A DNA stretch of 64,000 nt from Octopus vulgaris (GCA_951406725.2 OX597814.1:18786001-18850000), one strand, 5' to 3'. Shown: positions 43,939-59,481, counted from the first letter of the stretch. Translations and numbers: made by a program. Notes: generated by a model not told the origin, from the sequence alone.

Positions 43939-44205
43939 GAAGGCGCATGGCTCAGTGGTTGGAGCGTCAAGCTTACGATTATGAGGTTGTGCGTTCGATT
44001 CCCGGATCAGGTGGCGTGTTGTGTTCTTGAGCAAGACACTTTATTTCACGTTACTCCAGTTGTCTCAGCTGTAGAAATGAGTCGCGACCTCACTGGTGCC
44101 ATGCTGCATCAGCCTTTGCCTTTCCCTTGGATAACATCGGTGGTGTGAAGAGGGGGAGGCTGGTATGCATGGGCGACTGTTGGTCTTCCATAAAAATAAC
44201 CTTGG
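43939..44205 (+). mobile_element. SINE with family C-like head and a different body
   Basis: gaaggcgcatggctcagtggtt...gttcgattccc...cttgagcaagacactttatttcacgtt shared with family C, then diverges. Confidence 0.75.
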
Positions 44206-44838
44206 GTTTTGTGTTCCTACTCAGTCTAATTTTATAATATTCTATTATCAGAAAATTATGTCTAAGATGGGGTAAAATGAGCCATGAGTAATTTCAATAA
44301 CTACTTTTCTTTAACAGCATGGTATGAAAAATACATCTGGAAGAGAGCCACTCCAGCAGATCGTGGAGAATATTTTTTGATGAATATCTTTATTCAATTG
44401 AGTTTCGTTAATTTTCTATCGTGTGCCATTTCCCCCGATCCTTTCTTATTTTTCAATTTTTGTTACATTTCTGGTCCTTCAATGTCTAAAAATGGATATT
44501 GATGCGTAGGAGTCCGTTTTCACATGTAATTATGCAAAAGTGATGAGGAAAATTTACCTTATCTTGACTTATTCAGTTTGCCACAGCTCAATTTTTCTTT
44601 TATATGTTCGAAGAGAACGGTGATAACTTTCTGAAATAGAATATGTAATGATATTTTTAATGCATGTTCAGAAGGTCTTTTGCTTAGCTGACATGACTTT
44701 TGCAAGGTTGTGAACGTTTGTATGAAATTTATTTCTTCCCAGAGTCAAAATTGCAGTAAAGACTCCCACCTTCCTCTGTATGTATGTGTGTGTCTGTGTG
44801 TGTAAATAGATAGATAGATTGATAGATATAGATACCCA

Positions 44839-44936
<98 letters not shown>

Positions 44937-45309
44937 AAAGTAGGAAGAAAAAGCGAAAATGCACATTGGATATCAAAAAAATAAAGGCTTTTTATGAAAA
45001 GTAACGATAAATACATAGAATTAGATGAACTGAGGTAGAATTAAGAGGAATAAATGTTATTATTATGAATTGTTAAAGAGATTCAAACTCATACAGGTAT
45101 CGTCAATTGCTTTGAATGAGCACCGATTACCAAACGGTGTTGAATCTACAAGTCCCTGAGTAAAAAGATTATGTGTAAGGGAGATAAGTAGTTCTGGACT
45201 GGTGCATTTCGGGTAGATATAATACTGTAATATGAATGGTGTGTGGGATGTATGGAAGCTAGCGGTATTATTAGTAAGGTTAGTAGTGTTCTGTATTATG
45301 TTATGTGTT

Positions 45310-45680
45310 CATGTTAAGTTGTGGATGAAATTTATTGATGAAAGTTGCCTCTTTATTCATTCTTTACTGCACTGAGGTGTTCGGTGAACATTGATAGACG
45401 GGGAATATTAGCAAGTTAGGATTAAGGTTCCTAGCACACCTTTCAATGTGTTCACTGACCTGTATCTGTCTGTATTGTGGGTGGCGGATTACTTCTTTGT
45501 GAAGAGTGGTTCTTCGACGGAGAGATATTCTTGTTTGGCCAATATATTGATTACCGCACCCTCAATAAAGCTGCAAAAGCTTTTAGTGATGACTTTGCAG
45601 CTTTATTAATAAAGCATATTACTCTACCTCCGGTATTCGAATACTGTTTTTCCACCTTGTTTCACATTTATGTGCTTACT
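45310..45680 (-). mobile_element. Penelope-like element fragment with GIY-YIG endonuclease C-terminus
   Basis: Minus strand GCGNQYIGQTRIS / RRRTTLHKEVIRHPQYRQIQVSEHIERC...KEATFINKFHPQLN; 45560-45675 shares sequence with 50010-50080 and 59400-59470. Confidence 0.7.
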
Positions 45681-45710
45681 CTGGTATACGTGTGTATGTG
45701 TGTGTGTGTC

Positions 45711-46027
45711 AAGACGTGTGGCTTAGCGATTAAGGCATTCGGCTCTCGATCGTAAGGTCGTGAGTTCAATTCCTGGCGTCGCGTTGTGTCCTTGAGCAAG
45801 ACACTTTATTTCACGTTGCTCCATTCCACTCAGCTGGAAAACTAAGTAGTACCTGTATTTCAAAGGGCCAGCTTTGTCACACTTTGTGTCACACTGAATC
45901 CCGCTGAGAACTACGTTATGGGTACACGTATCTGTGGAGTGCTCAGTCACATGCACGTTAATTTCAAGAGCAAGTTGTTCCATTGAACGTATCATCTGGG
46001 ACCCTCGTCGTCGTAACCGACGGAGTG
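45711..46027 (+). mobile_element. SINE family C, full length
   Basis: Homology to 12983-13302. Confidence 0.85.
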
Positions 46028-46029
46028 CT

Positions 46030-46085
<56 letters not shown>

Positions 46086-46914
46086 GTATGTATTTAGGAG
46101 TCGATTGTGAGGACAACTTGTAGGATTTGAACTCAAAAAGAGGGGAGATGAAAGCAAGTTCCGTAAAGCCATTTATCCAGGTTTTCCACTAATCACAGAA
46201 ATATTAATAGCAACGAAATAAAAGTGTGCGTGTCCATTAAGTAGTAAGTTTTGAAAGGTTAATAAAGTTGCAGCGAGGTGAAACAATGTTTTCGAAAGGG
46301 GCAATATGCAATGAGAACTTTTAGCCTCATACCTCGAATTCATCGGAGAAAAATGAGAAAAAGATTTCAGAAGACTAAGTAAGAGAATGAACGAGGGAAA
46401 TATAAGCCGAAACAAGTCAAGAAAGGAATAATGAATAAAAATAAATGCTTAAATGAAGAAGAGAAAGAGAATGAAGAATAGAGAGAAAGTATGAACGGAA
46501 AGAAGGAGGTAAGAATTGAAACAGAGAATTTACCACGTGAGGCTGGGTACGCCAAAAACAATGAATTCGTAAATGTACTTGATAAGATTTCTAGATAGCC
46601 TGAACTCTGTACAAGTGATAGATTATTTGATTTGATTGGACATTTTAGGTTGACGGCTATGGACGAATGTAAAGGAATGAGAGTTAATTAGATGAAAAGA
46701 TTAAGTAAAATAAATGAACAAAGCAGTCTGGATTGTAATGGACTTTGGCACTCTTCCAAATCCAGAAAATTGAAAACAAAACCATCAACAACAAACAAAA
46801 ATAAAATTATAAAAGAAACAAAAAAAACTCCAAATAACACATAGATACACACACACACACAATATATAAATTGAACATACGTGTATATGCATATATATAT
46901 ATATATATACACAC

Positions 46915-46973
<59 letters not shown>

Positions 46974-46986
46974 ATATGTATATATG

Positions 46987-47018
<32 letters not shown>

Positions 47019-47085
47019 ATATATATGTATATGTATATATGTATATATGTATATATGTATATATATATATGTATATACACATATA

Positions 47086-47191
<106 letters not shown>

Positions 47192-47496
47192 GAAGTTAGA
47201 AAAACAAAAAAAAGAGGGAAAAAACAAAGAAATGCATGAACAGAATGGTAAAACAACAAACCAATTTAATGATAAACGGAATGAGATATAAAGAGAAAAG
47301 GGGAAAAAAACAATTAGAATAAAAACAAAAAAGATGTGACTAAGAAAAGGTGAGAATAAAGGAATTAAAAGAAAAAAAAAAAAAAACGTTAAACAAGGTA
47401 ACGTTGAATGAAAGACCGGAATATTGAACAATCGAATGTACGTACGGAGAATGTGCAGAGTCAGAGAGACAAACCAGGCGATGACACACACATATA

Positions 47497-47550
<54 letters not shown>

Positions 47551-48085
47551 GGTAGGGAGAGTGAGAGTATATCGGAAGAAATGAAAATGATCTAAGAAGT
47601 AAAATTGAGTACAGAAATAAGAATCGTAGATAGGCTAAAAATAAATTGAATAAACGGGGTTATGGTTGTATTGTCTAATTTATCAGGTTCTACAAATTAG
47701 TTTTCTTTAGAACTTCCACATCTAACCTTTGGAACACATTGCGGACGAAACATAATGGAAAAGTTCTCTTCGTAGAATTTTAACACGTATAGAGGTATCA
47801 AGTGATAAATTCTGTGATGGATCGATCGAGAGCCGAACTGATAAAATAGATTGATTGATAAATAGATAGATATCTACATACCTAAATAAATACAGACTAG
47901 TATTATACATACACATATAAATATGAGTGCGCGCGCGCGTGTGTGTGTGTGTGTGTGTGTGTGTATACATACATGCAAACACACATATGTATATATATAT
48001 ATTTATATGTGTGTGTATATATATATATATTTATATATATATATATTTATATATATATATTTATATGTATGTATATATATATAAT

Positions 48086-48119
<34 letters not shown>

Positions 48120-48299
48120 AATGGATAAGTAGATGGCTGTGTGTATGTATGCATGTATGTATGTGTGTATAACTTACTTTTGCAAATACATGGTTTCCGG
48201 TTCCATCTAGTTCCGTGGCACCATCGAGAAAACTCCGACCAACCGATGATTTTGGGTGAAATTTACTACACGGAAAATTTGCGGGGACAGACGTATACG

Positions 48300-48358
<59 letters not shown>

Positions 48359-48424
48359 ATATATATATATGTATGTACATATATATGTATGTACATATAT
48401 ATGTATGTATATGCGTGTATATAC

Positions 48425-48458
<34 letters not shown>

Positions 48459-48998
48459 ATACACGCATATACATACATATATACATACATACACACACAC
48501 ACACATACATACATACATACATACATACATACATACATACATACATACATACATACATACATACATACATACATACAGATACACAGACATAGATACATAC
48601 ATACGTACGTATGTAACACACTGCCTAAATACCAATCTTGAGAAATTCTCAAAACCTTCTTAAAAGCAGAAAAGAGAAAGTAAATTCGAAGACTACAGAT
48701 TCAAGCCATGACTGGAATTGTAAAACTCTGTAAAACTTTCCAGAAGTTTATCAATTACGTATGTATGAGCATGTCTACATATGCATGTATATACATATAT
48801 AAGTTTCCATGTATACATACATGCAAAAATACACTGTTGTTGATGTTGAAATTCGTACGAAAGAGCCTTGGATATAGGTTAGAAATCGCTTCTTTCTCTA
48901 TTGGCAAGAAATCTTGAAATAAAACTGAATAATGACATACATGCATACACACACACATATATACATATGTACACACACACACACATATATACATATGT

Positions 48999-49035
<37 letters not shown>

Positions 49036-49276
49036 TACATTGAACCAACCATACATACATACATATAATAAATGAAAATTTACTGAGACAAATATAACTA
49101 TATCAAATAGAATGCAAGTCGAATATGGTATCATCTTATGAATAAAAATTCTCCAAAACTGACATGCCATGAAATCAGATTGTTTGAAGTCAAGAAGAGA
49201 TCTGGGAGACGATATTCTTCCCCAACATCGTCATCAGCACAGCTGCTGTCCTACTTTATCATCAGTAGGCGGAACA

Positions 49277-49342
<66 letters not shown>

Positions 49343-49495
49343 TACATACATACATACATACATACATACATACATACATACATACATAAATACTGGGGTG
49401 GATTTGGTTCACTAAACTTTCTTCAAGGCGGTACTCTAGCATGGCCGCAGCTCTTGAACCGATACAAGTAAAAGAATAGAAGAATATATATATAT

Positions 49496-49929
<434 letters not shown>

Positions 49930-49939
49930 ATATACATAT

Positions 49940-49994
<55 letters not shown>

Positions 49995-50009
49995 TATACC
50001 GGTGTAAAC

Positions 50010-50220
50010 ACATAAATGTGAAACAAGGTGGAAAAAAGAGTACTCAAATACCAGTGGTAGAGTAATATGCTTTATTTGAAAGCAGCAGAAAATTCAACAA
50101 AATCTGTTACTCTGAGTTTATCGTTGCCGTTCATCAAACAGTTTTTGCTAGCAAAAACTGTCTGATGAACGGCGGCAACGAGAATCAGAGTAACAGATTT
50201 TGTTGAATTTTCTGCTGCTT

Positions 50221-50221
<1 letters not shown>
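50010..50221. mobile_element. Penelope-like terminal fragment forming a near-perfect 143-bp palindrome with degenerate type I hammerheads (related copy 59310-59475)
   Basis: 50079-50221 palindrome centred on gctagc; CUGU-CUGAUGA-ACG..CG-AGAA-UCAGAGU-A-ACAG at 50158-50196. Confidence 0.75.
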
Positions 50222-50286
<65 letters not shown>

Positions 50287-51952
50287 TTTCCATTATTATT
50301 ATTAGTAAACGAGAGACAGCAAAATTTACTTGATATAATCATAAAGTATAATTATATATTCCGCTAAGTTACAGCTCACTTATTTTAGTTTGAGTTACTC
50401 CTCCTTCGAATTGTGTTTGCGATTCGAACTCAGAACGCAGAAGTCACCAAAAGCAACAACAACAACAAAAAATATCAGACAATATACAATAACTGCATGA
50501 ACCCAAAACGTGATACCATCATGATAGATCTACCAACTACAAATGGCAGCCAAGTGTCCGTGAAAGCGCAGCGCACAATTTTAAATGTAGGTTTCATTGA
50601 ATAATATTGTTCTAACTGGAATCAACATTACTGGAAAACTCTTTATTATGGATCTATTTGTGCAGGTTTTACCTAGGAACTATTAAACAGCACCAATAGT
50701 TTGTGAAGTATATTTCATAATTGCCACTTAAATGTGGCTAATCCCTAAGGGTGGATGCTACTGTAGCTTGTAGCCCCAGGAGGACACCTCCTCCAGCTGG
50801 CTATTGACACACTTTCTATGCCCAATCAGTATTTGCAAAGGGAAGCCATCCTACCCGTCTTCAACCTATGATACACGCGGACTCGAGTTTCTGGGTATTG
50901 ACCCGTCATCAGCTTGTGACAATCCAACGAGTACACCTGTATGTCTTCACTTTAAGCTGTCAAACATCACTGGTAAATTGCACTGAAATTATACCGTAAT
51001 GTTTTAAAAGCAGAAGGATATATATATCATATAATCCTAGCTTTATTGGGAAAAAAGGAAACGCACGAATCAAAATGGACAAGAATAAAAATGAGAACAG
51101 GCATTGATCGTACACCCTTTGATCATTTCCGTAAACTAAGACGACTGGGTCTAAACAATAATCCATTTTACTATAGATATGAGGCCTGGAATTTTGGGAG
51201 TGAAGGCGAGTGGTGTACATCGAACCCAGTGCTCAACGAGGTACCCATTACAACGACACTGGAAGTGTGAAACATAAAATCGACGTCGAATTCTTTGTAC
51301 TGTAGGTTAAAGGCCTGAACTTTTTTTGGAAGGAGCCTGGTCGATTACATCGACCCGGTGATCAACTGGCACTTAGATCATAGACCACGAAACGATTCCG
51401 CCAAACGTCTTAGCAAACGTTCCTTAAATGTGTTGCCGAGAGTAGTGTACTCTATACAACTAATCTAGTCTGCTCGAGATCAGAGAGATCTTGAGAGTAT
51501 CTTTAAACGAGTGTTTATCAGCCAAAACATTTTGAGTGACACAAATATGCAACCACTAGACATATCAAGGAAAGAGTTTCGTATCTCAAACTGTCTCTTA
51601 GAACAATGCAATTAAAACTTTCAAAGTCAGTTCGAATGCTAGGCGTTCCAGTCCGCAGTGGTATCTCATGGCAAATCCACATGTAGTAATCATGAAATAG
51701 AATAAGTTGACAACAGTTATATGGTGCAGAATAGAAAATAAAGTAAAAAGTATGAAGTATAAAGGCAAATGACTCTATAACTGCTAACGCACCAGAAATT
51801 ATTTTATATATCACGCGATAGGAATTTTTTCGCATCTCTAATCAAAGTAACTAGGGCTAAGAGGTTTATGTTACACTTACAGCTTTAACATTTTTTCAGG
51901 ATGCGAAAAAAATACAAACATGTGTGTGTGAGTGTGTGTATGTATGTATACA

Positions 51953-52006
<54 letters not shown>

Positions 52007-52214
52007 ATCTATGTGTTGTTTGGAGTTTGTTTTTGTTTCTTTTATAATATTTTTGCATGTATGTATGTATATATATAAGATGTATATATATATGTGTGTG
52101 TGTGTGTGTGTGCGTGTGTATGTATGTATGTGTGTATCTATGTATATGTATACACACACATTTATATATATATGTATATATATTTACACATACATCCACG
52201 CATACATACTAATA

Positions 52215-52259
<45 letters not shown>

Positions 52260-52337
52260 GTGCGTATATATATGCATGTATGTATGTATATATATATAAA
52301 ACGTATATATACATACATCCACGCATACGTACAAATA

Positions 52338-52384
<47 letters not shown>

Positions 52385-52651
52385 GCGCACATTTACATAC
52401 GCTCACATATATATGTCCGTGTTTGACTGTGTGTGTTTCCCCGCATGTCTGAGCACAAGTGTGTGTGTATGTGTGTGTGTGTGTGTGTGTAAGTGTGTGA
52501 GTGAGTGTGTGCGAATGCGTAAGCGCGCGTGTGTAGGTATGTACGTAATTCATATATGAAATATTCCAAATGCTTTTTCCATATCAATTTCTTGCTAAAC
52601 AAACACTCGAGCGCACAAATACACACACACACTCACGCACACCCACACTTG

Positions 52652-52688
<37 letters not shown>

Positions 52689-53485
52689 CTACCTACATAC
52701 ACATTCATGTGCAAATATACATATGCACATATTGCTGCCATCGTCATTTCTATTTGGTAAATGTGCTGCCTTTGTTTTTTATTTCTTTGTCTGTCTGTTT
52801 GCTTCCTTGTATTTTGTTGTTTTTTTTTAATGCAAAATGCGGAGTGGTATATGTATATTTCACGTGCGGAAGCAAAATACGTATATACTTAGCTGACGCA
52901 CTATGATATCGTTTCTTCAATGACATTAAATCCAGCATACTCACACACAATCTTTGGCAGCTGCGAGCAAAGCAAAGCAAGCGAGTAAAGTTAGAAAACA
53001 TGGAATGATATTATATAAAAGTTCAGATGCACGATACATGGTACTATTATAAACGTTAAGAATTTATCAGAGGAGAAAGGAGAGCATAGGATGGGGCGGA
53101 GGCTTTCCTGATTCTTATAAATATCATTTAGTATTATCTCTTATTTATCTCATCTGTTTGTTTTTTCTTTGGTTTTTTTTTTTGGTTTTTTCTTGGAGAA
53201 ATAGTTATATGTATTTCAAAAAAAAAAATTGTAAACCTGTAATGTTTTTTTGCGTGTGAATCTGTTTGTGGTTGTTGCCACCGTTGTTATTTCTGCTGCT
53301 GAAGTCGTTGTTAATGGTTTATTTTTCTTTTTGTTTTTTGTTTCTGTTTGATGTTGATTCTGTTCACCGTTTTTTTTTTTTTTTTGTTTTTCTTTTTTTG
53401 AGATGCTAACTTATGAGGTGGGATTTCAGAAATGCAACAAGTTACACATGTGTGAGTGTAAATGTATACGCGCATTTACTCACAT

Positions 53486-53554
<69 letters not shown>

Positions 53555-54096
53555 CATATACACACACATATCCTCTCTCTCTCGTCTCGCCCGGCCCCTC
53601 TCATATACACTCATATAGGCATGTTGTGAAGTGTCCGTACGCTCGACGGTATACATATGTGTGTGTGTGTTCGCGAATATACATATATATATATTCACAA
53701 TCACACACATTCATACACACGGATACACACACCCTCATATACACATGCAAACACATTCATACACACATGAAAATACACGCAGACTCATGAACACATACAC
53801 TCACATTTATACACACACATACACATATATGCACACACATACACATATATACATACACACACACGTACATCCTGTTGCCTGAAGCTGACAGACACAGACA
53901 TGCTAACGTGGGTAGTTGTATGCGGGTGTGGGTGTGTGGGTGTGAGGGAAGCGGGGGAGTAAAGACATAAAAATCATATGGTAGTGCTGGCTTGGGTTCT
54001 CCTTTCAAAATCTGAGATCCCGGTTTCGCATTCTTTGCATAACACATTGATAAACCGTTTTCGTTAACAGCCTGGAACTGACGCAATTCTTTTTAA

Positions 54097-54311
54097 CCCC
54101 TTACCCAATAATTATTTTGAAAATAAATGTATTTTTTCAGACATATTTTTTAATTGTTTTATTTTACTATGTTTTGAATGGTTTATAATAGACGAAGGAA
54201 CTCGTTTGCTGTCGATTTTGGCGAGTCTATCTTTTGACAAGTTAACTCGCCAGAGATAGAAAAAAACGATTTCGGTCAAAACGCATATATTCGTTTCTGC
54301 CGGGTAAGGGG
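54097..54311. mobile_element. piggyBac-type MITE
   Basis: TTAA-ccccttaccc ... gggtaagggg-TTAA: 10-bp perfect TIR, CCC/GGG termini, TTAA TSD. Confidence 0.75.
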
Positions 54312-54484
54312 TTAATAATACTGAAAAAGACGAGAGTATATAAAAACCCATAAGCCGAAGTATAACTGCGATTAAAATGACCATCCTTGTTACACGCTGT
54401 GTCATGTTCATTCTGATAGAGGATTAGATCAAGTGTTCAGCAGTCTGGAGAATATGCTACCTGTAATACTATAGAAACTGGCAT

Positions 54485-54790
54485 TCCGTCGGTTATGACT
54501 ACAAGTGTTCCACTTCATCCGATCGACGGAACAACCTGCTCGCGAAATTAACATGCAAGCGGCAGAGCACTCCACAAATACGCATACCCTTAACCTAGTT
54601 CTCGGAGTGATGCAGCATGAGACAGAATGTGACAAGGCCGGCCCATTGAATTACAGGTACAGTTCACTTTTGTCAGCGGAGCAGCGTGAAATAAAGTATC
54701 TTGCCCAAGGACACAACGCGCCGACGGGAATCGAACTCACAATCATACGATCGTGAACCGATTACCCATATCACTAAACCAGCGCCTTCA
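54485..54790 (-). mobile_element. SINE family C
   Basis: Homology to 12983-13302. Confidence 0.8.
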
Positions 54791-54886
54791 TACTATAATT
54801 CCATAAGCAAATAGTTCGGTTGAGCAAACTAGTAAAATCTTCATTCACCGAAACCGACGAAAAATCCATTTACGTAAGTTTATATA

Positions 54887-55345
54887 GCCTTTTCTACTCT
54901 AGGCACAAGGCCCAAAATTTTGCGGGGAGGAGGCCAGTCGATTAAATCGACCTAAGTACGCAATTGGTACTTAATTTACAGATCCTGAATGGATGAATGA
55001 CAAAGTTGACCTCGGTGGAATTTGAACTCAGAACGTAGCGGCAGACGAAATACCGATAAGCATCTCGCCCGGCGTGCTAACGTTTCTGCCAGCTCGCCGC
55101 ATTTTAAATACCCATTTTGTTACTACCCACAAGGGGCTAAACACAGAGAGGACAAACAAGGACAGACAAACGGATTAAGTCGATTATATCGACTCCAGTG
55201 CGTAAATGGTACTTATTCAATCGACCCCGAAAGGATGAAAGGCAAAGTTGACCTCGGTGGAATTTGAACTCAGAACGTAACGGCAGACAAAATACCGCTA
55301 ACCATTTCGCCCGGCCTGCTAACGTTTCTGCCAGCTCACCGCCTT
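54887..55345 (-). mobile_element. Two adjacent same-orientation SINE family B copies (54887-55100 and 55110-55345)
   Basis: Each has the family B head and core; their tails differ. Confidence 0.85.
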
Positions 55346-56157
55346 ACATAAGTTCATATATCATTACACTCATAAGTATCCCACTGTCCGCGTTGGTATT
55401 AATATAAAGAATTAGAGAAGCGTGTATGTTTACGCGAGTGATGGTGGCCTTCCTTCTCTATTCGAATGAGGCTCCAGCAAGCCACACCTGTACTATGATA
55501 GTGGTGATTCTGGTAGCTTGGTTTACTGAATATATACGATAATATATATTCACGATAAATATTATTTTCAGTAGGGTAGGCATGGGTTGTTAAGAGCAAC
55601 TTCCACACACTCATCCTTCAAAGTTTGATTTTACGTCACAATACCATTAGTTATTTTGCTGCAAAAATTCTATGTAATTACTTTCTCTTACGAATGTACG
55701 CGTGCTATACTGATGTCAATATACAGCTAACTCAACATTTAACTCCATTTCTTCGGGTCTCGGAGACTGGTTAGAAGAAACGGTAAAGTTATCTTCAAAC
55801 TCCGTTAAAGACAATCCTTTCGCATTAACTCCGCTAAAGACAATCTAGGTCAAGGCGATGGCGGCTAAATAGTTTGCAGTATTAAGTCCAATAAGCCAAC
55901 TATCTAAAAATCCAGACAAAAATCCGAAGCATATACAGCGAATTATCTCATCCCACACGCTTAGAATTCGGTCGATTTAGAACACTGGAACGTTATTTTA
56001 TTTTATCGCCGCGTATAGAAAAAACTTATGCCCTAATGATGCAGTTAATTTGCCTCTCCGAAGAACTCTGAATGTATTATTGATGTGGAATAACTATGAA
56101 AGATTGTTATAGATTGCCAGGCATCGTTTATGAAGGTTTCCGACGTGTGATCTTTAG

Positions 56158-56384
56158 CCGTGGTTCTCAACCATTTTACGCCTATGGACAACTTTGATTT
56201 TATTTCATTCTCCCGGACCCCATAGTAATTCGATGATAAAATAAAACTCTATTATATTCAAATAGTATTAAGAATTGCATAAACAAATTATTGAACCATT
56301 TTGTATATTGCAAAAATATAACCAATTTTATTGCATAAATTTTAACAATAAAATCCTATATGGACTCCCTATTGACAACCGCTC
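56158..56384. mobile_element. Degenerate hAT-like MITE
   Basis: ccgtggttctcaacc ... attgacaaccgctc, resembling cagtggttctcaacc/ggttgagaaccactg termini. Confidence 0.5.
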
Positions 56385-56429
56385 TTCTACGGTAAAAGAC
56401 AAGGTTGCTTTGAAGCTGGGTTTTATTCC

Positions 56430-56526
<97 letters not shown>

Positions 56527-56676
56527 GAAATATTAAAATTACTAAGTCCCTTGTTCGAAGGTTATAATGGATACAGATCGTGTATCAATAGCTATCTTGA
56601 TGGCGGTGGCCTCATGGAGCTGACCATGGCAGCGATTATTCTTATATCTATAAGAATGCCATATTAATATGGTGAT

Positions 56677-56747
<71 letters not shown>

Positions 56748-56764
56748 CATACATACATATATAC

Positions 56765-56800
<36 letters not shown>

Positions 56801-57198
56801 TGTCCCAGTTTACCGATGAAGGATTTTAAAATGCGTTATGTTCATATAAGCTGTGTATGTTAGCTGGGATGTGTCATGGTCGGGCTATGAATGACCTTTG
56901 TGGAGAAAAGTTATCTGAGGGGAAGAGTGGCATCATGTCTGGGTAGGAATGACTGTAAATCACAGTAATACGCGAAATTGCTGCGTATGTACAGTTGGCT
57001 AAGTATCCGGAATATGAATGGACAGAGGTGTCGTGAACACCACAAACAAAAGGGCAACATATACGCAATCACCCACTCTCGCGTATATATCACACACGCT
57101 CATACTCACACGCGCGCGCGTAATCAATAACTTTCTTCGACGTTATTCATTCCTTTGAGCAATAAAAGGATATATCCAAATATCAACCAAACTATGTA

Positions 57199-57243
<45 letters not shown>

Positions 57244-57268
57244 CTCTCTCTCGCTCTCTCTCTCTCCA

Positions 57269-57370
<102 letters not shown>

Positions 57371-57514
57371 TATACATATATATACATATATATATATATA
57401 TATGTATATATATGTATATATATATATACACACATATATATATATATATATACATATATGGATATATATATGCATATATATATATATACATATATATATA
57501 TATGCATATATATA

Positions 57515-57563
<49 letters not shown>

Positions 57564-58410
57564 GAAGGCAGTATTATGCAGCTAATACTCAGGGGTTTGA
57601 AAATAACACTTCCATCTTTAATATCAAAAAGACCGAATTACGATATAGCTTTATATGTTATTGAATATACATATATATAGTTCTATGTATTTACTTTATG
57701 TGTGCGCATGTGCCCACGTGTGTGTGTGTGTGTGCTTATTTGTGTATTCCTCAATAATATATTGTATATTTAAAATGTTAGTAATGTATATATATATATA
57801 TATATATATACAAGTGTGTGTATATTTGTGTGAGCGTGCACTTAAATATTATATCATATAATATATATATATATATACATTCATACATACATACGATGAT
57901 ACACGCATATATTCATATGCACATACACACTCACACACACACAGATATTTGCATATAAACATACTCACACTTACATATAAACGCATACTCGCACACACGA
58001 GCGTCATAATATATTTTTCAATAGTTATGTAATATACGCATGTAAAATATCGTATTCAGAGTCTACGTTCCCTGGAGCATTCTTTCATCTCATATATATA
58101 TACAACAGCATGTGTGTGCATATTTGTGTGTGTGTTTGTGTGTGTGTGACAGTGTATGTGCCTATGTATATTGTGTGTATATCTGTGCGTCGCTATGTGT
58201 ATGTTTGAATTTTAGTAGAGTGTGCACTTGTACCGGTGTTTACTTACTACGTCCCATAGCTAATGATTTGATACAGTACGTCTCATAAGAGATTAAACAC
58301 ATGCAAATACATACGAGTATTTCGTTTATCAACGATGCTGCTAGATTTCAATGGCTTTAGCCGATCCATCCAACTTCAGTGCATATTTCATTCTGGTACT
58401 TTTTTAATGG

Positions 58411-58442
<32 letters not shown>

Positions 58443-58538
58443 CGGGAAGGTTTACGAAAATAAACAAAAGACGAAGGCAGGTGGAGTACAAACAAATATT
58501 TGTATTAATATGGCGCTCAGGAATAGAAAGAGAACAAG

Positions 58539-58576
58539 TCTTTTACGTTTCAAGCCTACGCTCTTCGACAGAAAGA
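58539..58576 (-). ncRNA. Minimal type I hammerhead-like motif with CUGUCGA core variant
   Basis: UCUUU-CUGUCGA-A-GAGC guag GCUU-GAA-ACGU-A-AAAGA. Confidence 0.5.
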
Positions 58577-58609
58577 TACAGAGAAAAGAAACAAGGAGAA
58601 AAAAAATGC

Positions 58610-58648
<39 letters not shown>

Positions 58649-58969
58649 TGGCTAAGTTCATAGACACACAGGTGAAAAATGGGCAACAACGTATTTCAGA
58701 GAATTGGGAACAGGCACAGAGACGCACGTCTTTATATATTCATACCTTATCTCGGATGGCGGAATACCCAGTGTACGGACATGCTAACCTACCATAAGGG
58801 TTATCCTAGAAACGGCTGCAAGACGTCAAATTCAACTTACCCTATTTAGATTATTCTAAATGACTTGAGACACTCGTTCTGTCTTCGTTTTGATTTTTCT
58901 TCTAATATAATATAATATAATATAATATAATATAATATAATATAATAATATATATATATATATAATAAT

Positions 58970-59007
<38 letters not shown>

Positions 59008-59010
59008 ACA

Positions 59011-59170
59011 CAGGTGCAGGAGTGGCAGTGTGGTAAGTAGCTTGCATACCAACTACATGGTTCCGGGTTCAGTCCCACCGCGTGATACCTTGGGCAAGTG
59101 TCTTCTACTATACGACCGAAGCCTTGTGAGAGAATTTGGTAGACGGTAACTGAAAGGAGTCCTTTGTGTA
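59011..59170 (+). mobile_element. SINE family A, 5' part
   Basis: Homology to family A head. Confidence 0.8.
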
Positions 59171-59191
59171 TATGTGTATATATGTATATAT

Positions 59192-59244
<53 letters not shown>

Positions 59245-59481
59245 AGTATGATTATTCTGAGTAAGAGTTTGTGAAGATTTTTTTCAGCTTCAAAGGTATA
59301 CATATACTTTATTTAAAAGCAGTAGAAATATAACAAAAGCTGTTACTCATACTTTAACGTAAAACTCTGAGTAACAGCTGTTGTTATATTTCTGCTGCTT
59401 TTAAATAAAGCATATTACACTACCGCTGGTATTTGAGTACTCGTGTTTCCACCTTGTTTCAAATTTATGTTCTTACTCCGG

